Assembly (NCBI GenBank): GCA_029953675.1
Contig: JAMWBK010000007.1
Coordinates: forward strand, 62,001 to 126,000
DNA: 64,000 bases
Direction: 5' to 3'
DNA from: Rhodosorus marinus CCMP1338
Taxonomy: Eukaryota > Plantae > Rhodophyta
The notes under the pieces are model-generated. The model was not told the origin of the DNA. It searched no databases and was given only the letters and a program-made list of their open reading frames with translations. This document shows, in pieces, positions 27,370 through 38,235 of this stretch (position 1 is its first letter; every line of letters begins with the position of its first letter). The position numbers and the translations under genes were made by a program.

Positions 27370-28310
27370 CTTTCCGCCGTTTTCATGGTCGAGAATTTTG
27401 ACTACCACTGCTGAGATGAGCTCCTCAGTGTTTTGGTTCTGTCCGCCGTTTTCACGGTCCAGAATTTCGACTACCACCGGAAATGAGCTCAGATTTTTTG
27501 GCTGACAAACATTTAACAGTAGAAAAAAAAGGAAATATTTTAGGGTATTCGAAGGAGATCCTCGTCATTCATTGGTCGATAATATCGACTACCATTGGAG
27601 AACGAACGAATGGTTTAATCGGAGGCTGAAAAAAAAACCCCGAGGGGAAAAAAATTGGAGAAGAGCTCAGTTTGTTTTTCACGGATTCATCCGTGAAACA
27701 GAACTGCAACTACCACTGCCCGTTTCCCACATGAATGCCGCTTTGATGTAATCGTTGTTTACCCGCTTAAGTTTCCAGCTGTGGCGCATGAATGCCGCTT
27801 TGATGTTGGAGGCGCGAGTACTTCGCCGCGCTTAGTCTTTTTTTCCCCTCGGGGTTTTTTTTTTTCAGCCTCCGATTAAACCATTCGTTCGATGTTGGAG
27901 GCGCGAGTACTTCGCCGCGCTTAGTCTTTTTTTCCCCTGTTTTTTTTTTTTTTTCAGCCTCCGATTAAACCGTCGAAATTCTCCACCAGCGTATGACGAG
28001 GGTGTTCTTCGAGAATCTTATAAACGGATCATCAATGGCTAAAGAAAAACCGATGTGGGAAACGAACGAATGGTTTAACGAATGGTTTATTCGTTCGTTT
28101 CCCACATCGGTTTTTCTTTAGCCATTGATGATCCGTTTATAAGATTCTCGAAGAACACCCTCGTCATACGCTGGTGGAGAATTTCGACTACCACTGGAGA
28201 AGAGCATAGTTTTTCTTCACGGATTCATCATAGGGGTCGGCTGCCACTGCCCGTTCCCACAACTGTTTTAAGTTAGCCATTGATGATGACGTCATCAGTG
28301 AATCAAAAGC
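27370..28310. repeat. Imperfect tandem repeat containing GACTACCAC(T)GGAGAAGAGC, carrying stacked family B 3' ends and a 100-bp perfect inverted repeat
   Basis: GACTACCA motif at about 27400, 27468, 27587 and 28186, and again at 29550. CCACTGCCCGTT(T)CCCACA...TTAGCCATTGATGAT occurs twice. Inverted arms are 27972-28071 and 28089-28188. Confidence 0.8.
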
Positions 28311-28317
28311 CATTAGT

Positions 28318-28745
28318 GAATGAATGCGTTTAATCGGAGACTGAAAAAAAAAACCCTACGATCGGCGAAGATCGCGTGCCTCCACATCAAAACCGCGTTC
28401 ATACGCCACAGCAGAAAAGCTTGGTCGGGTAAACAACGAGCAGAGACAGACGGTCAGGGCGTGCTCGAAGAGCTCCCGAAGTCAACGAGAACCCATGGAA
28501 TCCACAAATCCAAAACACTCAATTATCAATAGGACCAGGCGATGAGCTAAGGCCGAAGCTCGAATTCCCGGGGATGACAAAGTCCTCGCATATTTCACTG
28601 CCTTGCTACGCTCATAGTGGCAGCGGCGAATCCACGGCGCTCTCCCGCAGCAAGCAGATAACGGTTAGCCTGAGGATTAGAAACGGCAGGATCAACGTAC
28701 CTAGTTCGGCGGCTATCGTCACAGGTAACCAAATCTGAGGATTCA
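28318..28745 (-). mobile_element. Degenerate family B 3' fragment
   Basis: Reverse complement aligns to the B RLE region and 3' UTR (TTTAATCGGAGACTGAAAAAA; GGGTAAACAACGA; GGATCAACGTA). Confidence 0.8.
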
Positions 28746-29873
28746 GTGGGATTGGGCACCGGAGTGGAGGGGGGGGGGGGTTGGGTGAAGGGCGGCCTCC
28801 ATATCGAGTTTTAGACCAGATCTATTTGATGGATTTATGGGTCTATAGCTCGATTAGGGTACTGTTCAGGTCTAAACGAATCTTTCCCACGCTCGAAACC
28901 CTTCCCCCGTCTCCCCCCCCTTCCCTCTACCTCACTTAGTACTCCCAGATGTCATAGTAGCTTGTACTAGTCCACCCATTGGTCCCCAGGCGTGCCATGT
29001 AAAAAAATACCATATTTCTAAATATTGCACAAACAGAATCTGATTGGCTTAAGTTGAGGACAGCGTGTCGACAAATTTGACCCTTTCGATATTAGTATCG
29101 CATACTGCTGTGTACTATATCCGAATGTATCGAGATCAAATCAGCTTATTCGGATCAGACAGGTTGACACTCTGTCCAAGACTATTTGGACGTTTGTGAA
29201 GAAAGTCAGCTGATCTGGCGAGGAAGGAGAGTTATCGTTTTTGTTCCTTTCGATGTTAGTTGCAGTTCCGCGAACGGAGGAGCTTGATGCGAGGCCAGAC
29301 GGGGGGGGTACAGCTTGCTTCCTCTCCCGCCCTGCTCGCCCCCACCCGCTCGCGCTCTTAGGATATGGGCGCAGCGTACTATGTAACCCCACAGCAGCGC
29401 CGAACGCGCGCTGCTTTGATGCTTTGGAGGCGCGCGACCGCTGGAAATGAGCTCAGTTTTTTTGGGCTCACAAACAATAATCAATAAAAAAAAGGAAATA
29501 TTTTAAGGTATTCGAAGGAGATCCTCGTCATTCATTGGTCGATAGCATCGACTACCACTCTAGAACGAACGAATGGTTTAATCGGAGGCTGAAAGAAAAA
29601 ACCCGGAGGGGAAAACCCCCACACGAGAGTTTTCGGTTTCGTGAGGGTGTATGGTGCTGGCTTTTGGTGGTTTTGAGTCGCAATTGTGTTCTTCGGTGGG
29701 AGGCGCTTCTTTCTGCAGCCTTTCCCCCGCATCTTCTAGTGGTGTGGTGCGTGCTGGGGGTTGCTAGCGCCCCTTGGAGGTCGTGGTGGTTTTCTTTGGT
29801 TGCAAACGTTGGGAACAAGTTCTCTTTTTGGGGGTTTCGTGGGGGAATCGGTTTTTCACACCTTCCAATCGTT

Positions 29874-31172
29874 ATGGTTGGGGTTTCCCCACCCATTCCG
29901 GAGGACGGAGCCGTTCTCTCAGCGCGTGTGGAGCTCAGCGTGGGCGGGTTTAGTACCGCGGCCACCCTCACGGACTGCGCTGACGAGTTGGCCCATGGGA
30001 TCTGCTCGAAACTGACGAGTCTTCTTGTGACTGCTTCCCAGGAACACCGCCTGCCCCTGCTGATCGCCTATTTGGAGCGCTTCTCCGCCTCCGCGCCTGC
30101 CCCATACCCCCCGGTGCCCGTCCCCGCGGATCCGCACGGTACAGCGGGGCCTGCCTCCACCCGACCCGAGCGCTCCGCTCCGGTCATTCCTGATTCCGAC
30201 TGGCCTACCCCTATTCAAGGACAGACGCCTCCTGGGCCCGCGTCGGGCCCGAATCCTGCTCCCTCCAGTGCCCCACGTGCGACCTATTCGCAGGTCCTGC
30301 GCAGGGGCTCTTCTGAACAACGCACGACGGCAATGGTGCGTATGATGCCACAACACATCCCTATTGACTCTTCTCGCCAACTATCTCCGTTCCACTTTGT
30401 TTGGATGACGAACGTGCGTCCCCAGACCCCCTCTCGTGGTCGGGGCCGCGCGCCCGTCCACTACCGCGATTTTCGCGACACCATGGCTTCCTCCCTTGGG
30501 GTCGCCCCATCTGAATTCCTATATGTGGACTTCACGGGCCCTCATGCCTGTTTTCTTGTTACTGACTCGGCTTACCAGTTCCTTCAATCCCTTGTAACCA
30601 CCCCCGCGCCCCAGCGCTCTGCTCTGGCCAACATGATACTGACTCGTCCTCATGTCTCTTTGTTTGTCGAGTTCGATCGTTTTGACGCCGGCTGGGTTCC
30701 TCCGTCGGCCTTGCAAAACCTGGATGCCTCGCAGGCTTCGGTTGTCGCGCTACACACTCATGCGGCGCGGCTCTCGCGCATACAGGCGAGCCTCTTCGCG
30801 CGTTTTCCTCCTCGCGGGGTCCTCCGCACCGCGCTAGAGGCCTTCCTCTCCACTGAGGCCACCCTGCTGGAAGCCCACCCTGCGTTTGACCTTCTGCCGC
30901 CGACTCTTGAGCACCCTTCCTCCCCTCGCCCTGTCTCCGAGGCTCGTGACACCGACATGGCAGGAGCACCATCGGCCTCTCCGAATCCGCTGGCTCTGGA
31001 CACCCTCAGTCAAGACTCCGCTGCTGAAAACCCTGTGTCTACTTTCTTCAGGTCTTTTAGTTCCTTCGTGCGCCCCCCACGTAAGCGTCGTGCGGCTCCT
31101 GAGCCTCCCTCCGAGGCACCTCCTCCGGATATTCGATCTGCCTTCCCGACTGAGGGGAGGCCCGATGTCTGA
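29874..31172 (+). CDS. Family B ORF1, putative RNA-binding (RRM-like) protein
   Basis: MVGVSP start matches family A ORF1 starts. Has a Pro-rich linker, the conserved FVWMTNVRP..RDFRDTMASSLG..EFLYVDFTG.HACFLV domain, and a basic RKRR motif near the C-terminus. Confidence 0.8.
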   Translation: MVGVSPPIPEDGAVLSARVELSVGGFSTAATLTDCADELAHGICSKLTSLLVTASQEHRLPLLIAYLERFSASAPAPYPPVPVPADPHGTAGPASTRPERSAPVIPDSDWPTPIQGQTPPGPASGPNPAPSSAPRATYSQVLRRGSSEQRTTAMVRMMPQHIPIDSSRQLSPFHFVWMTNVRPQTPSRGRGRAPVHYRDFRDTMASSLGVAPSEFLYVDFTGPHACFLVTDSAYQFLQSLVTTPAPQRSALANMILTRPHVSLFVEFDRFDAGWVPPSALQNLDASQASVVALHTHAARLSRIQASLFARFPPRGVLRTALEAFLSTEATLLEAHPAFDLLPPTLEHPSSPRPVSEARDTDMAGAPSASPNPLALDTLSQDSAAENPVSTFFRSFSSFVRPPRKRRAAPEPPSEAPPPDIRSAFPTEGRPDV

Positions 31173-34100
31173 GTCTTCCTCCTCCGCGTGCGTGTCGTCC
31201 CGGTTACCCCTGTTTACCAGTGACCGCTCAGCCTGGCATGAGCGTGTTCTCTCGTGGTTATCTCACCTTGTCGCCTCCTACCCGGACGGTTCCCTTCCCC
31301 TTTGTCGTCAGAGCACGGCCGTACGGCTCCCTCGTCGACTTCATAAGCCCCTAGGATTGGTGTTGGATTTTCTCTGGCAGCAGGTCGCCGCGAACCCTCA
31401 CTGCTCTCTTCGCTGGGAACTCTTGTTCTTTTTTCCCCGCCTCGTGCTCACCTCCTCTACCGTCCCCCTCAACCCACATCCTCGCCGGGTCCACCCTCGC
31501 CGAAAACTGCAAATGTTCCTTTCCGGCGACTTTGAGGACCTCGAACGTCTTTATTTCGCTTCTCTCTCTTCCTTTTCTCCTAGTGCTCCCTCAGCTTTTA
31601 GGTCTTCTCGACAGAATCGGGCGCGTCACGCGGTGGCAGGCGGTGATCTGCGGCGGGCAGCCGGGATCCTCCAGCAGCGGCAACCTGTGGTTCCATACTC
31701 CGATGATCTTTCTTCACCGCTCCGTTTGCTCTTTCCCTCGGAAGGCTCCCCTTGGGACTCCTCGTTTGAATCAGTGTTGGAAGAGTACCGCGCCGCGCCA
31801 CATCCCAGTGCGCGGTTAGTGGTCAATCTGGAGGCGGTGCGTGAGTTGGTTCATGATGCTCCGAAGGGCCGTTCCCCAGGGCCCTCGGGGCTGCGGGTGG
31901 AATATCTCCGTTTCTTAAGTGATGAAGGTTTGAAGGCGTTGGCGTGGGTGGTCGAAGCGCTTGTGAATGGTGATCCCCTGTGTGAGTGTGCGTGGTTCTT
32001 GGTCGGGCGTTCGCAGTTGTGTCTGCTTTCGAAGCCCAGCCACACGGCCTCGAGCCCTGCTATTCGCCCTATTGGCCTGGTTGAGGTGGTCCGCAAATTG
32101 GCGGCGCGATGGTTAGTGAAAATCCTGGTTCCCGAATCCCGCCGTTTCTTTGGGCACGTGCAGTTAGGCGTGGGCTATCGTGGTGGCTGTGAGTTGTTGT
32201 CTGTTTTACTCCGTTCGGAAATGGCGTACTCCCCAGATTCTGGGCTCCTCTCTGTAGATTTTACCAATGCGTTCAACCGCGTCTCTCGTCCGGCTCTCAT
32301 GCACGTGGTGCGCGAAGTCTTCCCTGTAGGCTTTCCCTTTGTTTGTAGACTTTATTCTCCGCTTGGTCGTGGGGCTACCTATGACACCCTTGGCGCTTCC
32401 TCACACACGTTTGCGGCGCGCACAGGGGTACAACAGGGTGATCCCTTGTCCCCTTTCCTACATGCCTGTGGACTACAACTCGTCTTGCTTTGTCTTCGCT
32501 CCGAATTCCCGCAGGTTCGTACGGTTGCATACCACGACGACGTGTGCCTCCTGTGCCCCCTGATACTCTAGCGCTCGCTTATGATCGTCTCCGCTCCTTG
32601 GCTTCGCGTTGACCTGGAGGTTAATCATCACAAATCGTTCTACTGGGGAGGTGTAGCTGCACAAGAGCAGCAGGTACCTGCGTCGTTCCAGGATATTTGG
32701 AGACCGGATGGTTTTGTCCACTTAGGCATCCCCTACGGGTCGCCGTCCTTCGTTGAAGGCGAGTTGCTGCAGCTCCTCGGTAAGCACAGACAGCTGGTTG
32801 CAGAGCTTCGACGGCTACCTCCGGGCTTTCTCCAGTGCTCGTTGTTGCTGTTTCGGTATTGTTGCAGTCAGCGGTTAACCTATTGGCTTCGCTCACTTCC
32901 AACTCATTGGGGCCGGTGGTTGGCCACTCGTGCGGATGCTGAAAGTTTCTGTGACCTGGGGTATTTTCTCGATGAAGAGCTGAGCGCTCTGCCGCGACCC
33001 ACCTGTGATGTTGTGCGCGCCCTGGTAGGCCTCCCATTGCGATTGGGGGGACTGGGCCTCTGCAATCGTGTTGTGGTCCAACCTGCAGCCGCAGTAGGGG
33101 CCTGGGGAACCGCACTTCCCACTTTGAGCAGCTTGGGTATCTCGAAGTTCCGCAATTTGATGGCGAGCCTCTCGCGGGGTGTCTTGCTTCCCAGCGTACC
33201 GGAAAGCGCCCAAGACTTGTTTCTGGAGCTCCAAACCGCCCTGAATTCCTGTACTAGTCTCCCCGAAACCGTTCAACCCCGTCTTCCTGACTGGCGAGCT
33301 GTATTTGACCGCTCTCGAGGCTCCGCCCCGGGGATTCGTCCTGCGCCTGAACCTGTTCTAGGGGAGATTGACCCAGTGGTTGCCGCAGAAGAAGAAGTTC
33401 CAGTTGATCCTCCTGATGATCCCCAGCGCGCTGGGAGCCGAGCTCAAGCACGCACGGATGCGCTGCAAAATATCCTTTCTTGGGACTTGCACCGTGCTGC
33501 ATATGGCCGACTCCTCGCGCAGATGGTCTCATCTTCTCGCGCTCGCGCCCGCCTACGTAGTCTTGGAGGGGTTCTTAGCTCTCAGTGGCTCATGACCGTA
33601 CCAGCCTTTCCGCCACTCACACTGTCGGATTTCGAAGTGCGTACTTCACTGCGCTTATACCTCGGCTTACATCAGCCCCCTTGGCCGTACGAGATGGGTT
33701 CGTCGTGCCCTCTCTGCTCTCAGACTGAAGACAACGCAGATTTTGGCGCCCACCTGCTCGCTAGTTGCCCGGCGGTGAAAGGTGCTCGAACCCGCCGCCA
33801 CACACGGATCTTGAACCTGTTATACCGGGAACTTCGGCCTATAGTCCGGCAAGCCGGTCTGGAAATCGAACGTGAGAAACCTTTACCCGTCGCGGACTTT
33901 CAAAATGATGAACGCCGTGTAGCCGACCTGGTGATCACCTGTGACGACAGCCGCCGTACCACATACGTTGATCTTGCTGTTCCTAACCCTCAAGCTAGTC
34001 GTTATCTCCCGGCTGCGGGGGAGCGCCGTGGATCTGCCGCCGCCAGCATGAGACGCCGCAAAGAGATCAAATACGCGGGGGCTTTGTCTTCCCCTGGTGT

Positions 34101-34305
34101 TCGTGCTTCGGCACTAGCACATCGCTTGGTACCCCTGATCATTGAGTGCTTTGGGTTCATGGACTCTGTTGGTTCTCGCTGGCTTCGGGAGTTGTTCCGC
34201 GAACGCCCTGACCGTCTTCAATCGTTGTTTACCCGCTTAAGTTTCCTGCTGTGGCGCATGAATGCCGCTTTGATGTTGGAGGCGCGAGTACTTCGCCGCG
34301 CTTAG
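31165..34305 (+). CDS. Family B ORF2: reverse transcriptase + CCHC knuckle + restriction-like endonuclease (one short frameshifted patch)
   Basis: ATG at 31165 (MSESSS). Motifs include IRPIGLVE, VDFTNAFNRVSR, TGVQQGDPLSP, AYHDD, LPLRLGGLG, CPLC..H..C, RTRRH, VADLVI, YVDLAVPNP and LIIECFG. The in-frame TAG at 32569-32571 lies in a compensated frameshift patch. Confidence 0.9.
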
Positions 34306-34360
34306 TCTTTTTTTCCCCTCGGGGTTTTTTTTTTTCAGCCTCCGATTAAACCATTCGTTC

Positions 34361-34488
34361 GAGGGGAAAAAAAGACTAAGTGCGGCGAAGAACTCGGGCC
34401 TCCAACATCAAAGCGGCATTCATGCGCCACAGCAGGAAACTTAAGCGGGTAAACAACGATTGAAGACGGTCAGGGCGTTCGCGGAACA
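34361..34488 (-). mobile_element. Remainder of an older family B copy whose tail is at 29563-29615
   Basis: Reverse complement of the B 3' region with substitutions relative to the full-length copy (GACTAAGTGCGGCGAAGAACTCGGGCC versus GACTAAGCGCGGCGAAGTACTCGCGCC). Confidence 0.85.
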
Positions 34489-37400
34489 GACTGGACTGGA
34501 CTTTGCTAGCAAACTGGACTTTACTAGCATAGCCTGAAGCGCTACGCAAGGCGTGAAGATGAACTAATAACTAGGGAGGGAAGCATGCAACCCCAGGCGC
34601 CGATGGCGCGCCTCGGAAAGCATGTCGCTGGAATATCGCCAAAGGGAGACACTTAAACGCCTCAAGAGCGCCAAATATGCAGTAGGATGCTCAGCAAAAC
34701 ATTTCCGCAACCACTCTAAACCCGACTTATCGACGTGACCAAAGCTTTCCACAATGAATGGCTGGAACCGGTGAGAGCGACCCTCAGCGCAAGGCAGACT
34801 GGCCATGCTCTCAGCATACCGTCGTTCCTTAACTCTTCGAAGGGCTGAAGCCGCGGCCCCCCAGCGGCGGGCGGCTGCGGTGAGGTGGGCGCTGGCCACG
34901 GGGCAGGTAATCGCAAGGTCCACATATGTTGAGCGTCTGGCAGCAGCGTCGGAGACGAGGAGATCGGCGATACAACGGGGCGGTGCAGAGTCCGAGATGG
35001 ATCTGGGCAGTTCCGACTCAACCTCAACCGTATGCCCTATCCGAGTCAAAAATTCGCTGAGGATGTACTTGAGGCGAGTGTGACGCCTCGTACGGAGACC
35101 TCGCAACAGTCCGCAGGAACCCAGGAAGTGGTAGCCACAAGCGTCAATCCGGCTCTCACATCCCTGACAAAAAGACGGCCGATTAGAGTGCCACGGAGCC
35201 TGTGGCAAACCGAGATAGATCCGTGCGGCAGAACGGAACTGGAAAGCATCGAGACGATGACTCAATGACGACGGTAGAGTGGTTAACCACAAGTGCGAGG
35301 TGGCCTCCCATGCCGCGGAGACGAGCGGCAGTGGTAGGCGGCGTGAGAGGAGAATTGAGCATGACTGTGTGAGCGGCACTGTGTTGGCCCCAGGTGAGGC
35401 TATGTTGAATCACATCAGTGCGGGAGCTCCACAATCGGCTCAAACCCGGGTAGTCTGCAACAGGGGACCCGGGGCTAGCCTCTCCGTCATCGGCAAGAAC
35501 TCGGTCGAGGGGACAATCCTCAATCGCTTCAGCTCGTCCCCATAACAGCTCCCTCCAGGAACGAAAGCGGGACCGATTTGCGTCCGGCACGGCGTTGCAC
35601 CTCCTGAACGCGTGTTGAAGACCATCATAAATTGTCAAAAGCGGGGGCGGCAGGGTCACTGGATCCTCGTTGGTCAAAGCTCGAGCCAAGAGGCAGGCAC
35701 TTCGCATCTGGAAGGTCACCAACGCTCGCAGCGCGGTAGCCCAGCAGGCAACCGCCGCTGGCGAGCATACAAGCCCACGGTCTGCGACGCCGAATCCCCC
35801 TAATCGCAACGGTAGAGCGATCTGTGCACGAATTAAGTCCCTGTCGGGAGCAGCTTCAAGATCGAGGGGCTCATCCAAGAGCGTTCCCCAGTGTTGCAGG
35901 GTCATTTCGTCGGCTTTAGCCGCGATCCACGAGCCCCACGCTGGAGGCAGGCTGCGCAACCAGTAGTTGAGTCTGGGACCGGCACAAAAGCGGGAAAGCA
36001 AGCAGGCCGATTGCAGCATGCTGTCGGGTAGGTGCTCAATGGCGTCGGTGAGTTGCTTGTGCCGTGCCAAAACTCGCTCGCAGGATGCTTGGACAAAGTT
36101 GTCAGTCCCCAATCCGACGCCGTGGTGTTCGAACCCTTCACGTTCGCTGATTAGTCGCAGAGTGGGTGGCAGAGAGTTCAGCGACACGTCCCTCGGGGAG
36201 AGAAAGCGACATTTTTCTGTTTCCACAGTCAAACCGACGCGACGTGCAATCGCTTCGATCGCGGTCAGTCCCCTAGCCAGGGTGTCAGGGGTGCCCAGCA
36301 ATGTTACGTCATCGTGGTACGCGCAGATTCGAAGATCCGAGACCTCAGTCGAAAGACGTAAAAGTACGAGCTGTAGGGCACAGGCATGAAGAAGAGGTCC
36401 GCAAGGGTCGCCTTGTTGGACGCCAGTATGTGCTTGAAAAACAGTGCCCTCCGTTGTCAAGTAGGGGAGGCTCTCCCCTCCGTAAATACCCGATAGAAAC
36501 GGCCACGCCTCCGGAAACACACGTCGGAGCACCTCTAGCGCATGCGTCCGCGACACGCTGTTGAATGCGTTCCGGAAATCAACCACCAAGACTCCCCACT
36601 CCGGCCTACTGGCGCGTTCTAGCTCGATCCCATGGGTGATCAGTTCACAACCCCCAGAGAATCCCACCCCGACTTGCAAGGGCGCCATAAAAGCTGTGAC
36701 GCGCTGGCGAAGGCGCTGGCATAGCCACCTCCCGGCTAACTTCCGTAGGCTCTCCACCATCCCGATCGGCCGGAGACGCGGGTGGGCCGGCTGGTGGTCA
36801 GGTTTCGTGAGCAAGCAAAGCTGTGCCTGCCGGAGATGTTCCCATGGCGCACCCGATACGCCCTGGAACAACTTGTTAAGGATCCTCAGAAGCGCGCTCT
36901 TGCCAGGCTGGCTCAGGGCCTGCAATAGCTCTGTTCTTAGTCCGGAGGGTCCGGGACAGCGTCCCCGACGCGAGGTACGAAGCAAATCCTCCAGGTCAGA
37001 CTCACTGAGCGTCAGATCGATGCGAAACCTGGCCAACTCCGGACGGTCCAAGAATACCTCGAATTCAGGGGACAAATCCACGTCGGACTCAGGGAACAAA
37101 GACGACACCGTCTGGGCGAGACTATCATCGTAGGGGAGGACAGGCGCCTGGCCCTCCAAAACCCGCGCCGCTCGACTTAAATCGCCCACTGCTACCAATT
37201 TCTGTACTCGAGCCGGCACGGGCGACACTGTGCCATGCCGAGTCCGACGGGCGGATGGTGCTGACGACGCCAAATAGCTGCGCTGTAGTACTTCGAAGTC
37301 TCCCTTCAAGAACAGGGCCAGTCGGTCTCGTACTCGCCATCTGCGCTCCGATGTGTGAATGGGGGCCAGAATCAGGCGCGGCATGACCCCCAGAAAAACC

Positions 37401-37692
37401 CAAATGACTGTGTCCCGAATGTTGCGAGCCAGGCTCGTGAAGATGAAATCGAGAATGGTTCCAGCTACTAGAAGGTCTCCACGAGGAAGGACGACTGGGG
37501 GAATGCCCCCACGGAGGGGAAGCGAGCCTCCTTCCAAAGAAATCCACCGCCGGAGCCAACTCCGAAAACGCGTACGCCAAATGCCCCAGTCTCCGCCCTC
37601 CTTCAGGACATAAGACTGTAGATCCATAGGCTGCGACCTCGCAGCCGTGCCTGGAGCGCTAGTCGTGCTTCTCCCCCTTAGACCCGGGTCAC
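34489..37692 (-). mobile_element. Family A copy A3, 5'-truncated in ORF1; ORF2 intact except for one frameshift
   Basis: ORF2 runs from MDLQSY (37627) through the complete RT (TGVQQGDPCGP, AYHDD). A 2-nt loss at about 35300 shifts it to the 34564..35379 frame with the knuckle and RLE. Confidence 0.93.
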
Positions 37693-38235
37693 CGTCTGGA
37701 TGCCTTCCAGTTTCGCTCCGCCGCACGGATTTACCTGGGTTTCCCACAAGCTCCTAGGCACTCTAATCGGCCGTCTTTCTGTCAGGGATGTGAGAGTCGG
37801 ATCGATTCTTGTGGTTACCACTTCTTAGGTTCACGCGGACTGTTAAGAGGTCTTTGTACGAGGCGTCACACTCGCTTCAAGTAGATTCTCAGCGAATGTT
37901 TGACTCGGGTAGGGCATACCGTTGAGGTGGAATCGGAACTACAAAGATCGGTCTCGGATAGGGCACCGCCCCGCTGTACCGCAGATCTCCTCGTCTCCGA
38001 TGCTGCCGCCAGACGCTCAGCATATGTTGACCTCGCGATTACATGCCCTGTGGCAAGCGCCCATCTCAAGGCTGATGCCCGCCGCCGGGAGCAGCTGCTT
38101 CGGCTCTTCGCCGCGTGAAGGAACGACGGTATGCTGAGAGTATGGCCACGCTGGGTTTGCACGCTTCCCTATCTAGTTCTTAGTTCCCTTCACGGTTTGC
38201 GTAGCGTTTTAGGCTATGCTAATAAAGCCTAAAGC
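37690..38235 (+). mobile_element. Family A 3' fragment (A5) joined in inverted orientation to the 5' break of A3
   Basis: Encodes HRLDAFQFRSAAR, GHTVEVESEL and YVDLAITCP, and ends CTATGCTAATAAAGCCTAAAGC. Confidence 0.88.

Larger units (their letters stand above)
29616..34360 (+). mobile_element. Family B non-LTR retrotransposon, full length and nearly intact
   Basis: Bounded by GAGGGGAAAA at 29606-29615 and 34361-34370. Two ORFs. 3' UTR is TTTTCCCCTCGGGGTTTTTTTTTTTCAGCCTCCGATTAAACCATTCGTTC. Confidence 0.95.

Noticed and set aside
29535-29873. N-terminal 113 aa of ORF 29535..31172
   Set aside because: It begins outside the TSD-defined element; the conserved MVGVSP start at 29874 is more plausible.
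34305-34340. Hairpin plus T run resembling a bacterial rho-independent terminator
   Set aside because: The context is eukaryotic (spliceosomal introns, ARP4); it is the retroelement 3' UTR.
29563-34410. Apparent terminal inverted repeats on element B (DIRS-, Penelope- or DNA-transposon-like)
   Set aside because: The 10-bp TSD and the sequence divergence show the inverted pieces are the two halves of an older antisense copy, not part of the element.
35183-37747. First 40 aa of the 854-aa ORF as a true N-terminus
   Set aside because: The ORF crosses the inversion junction at about 37690; MDLQ at 37627 matches the other A copies.
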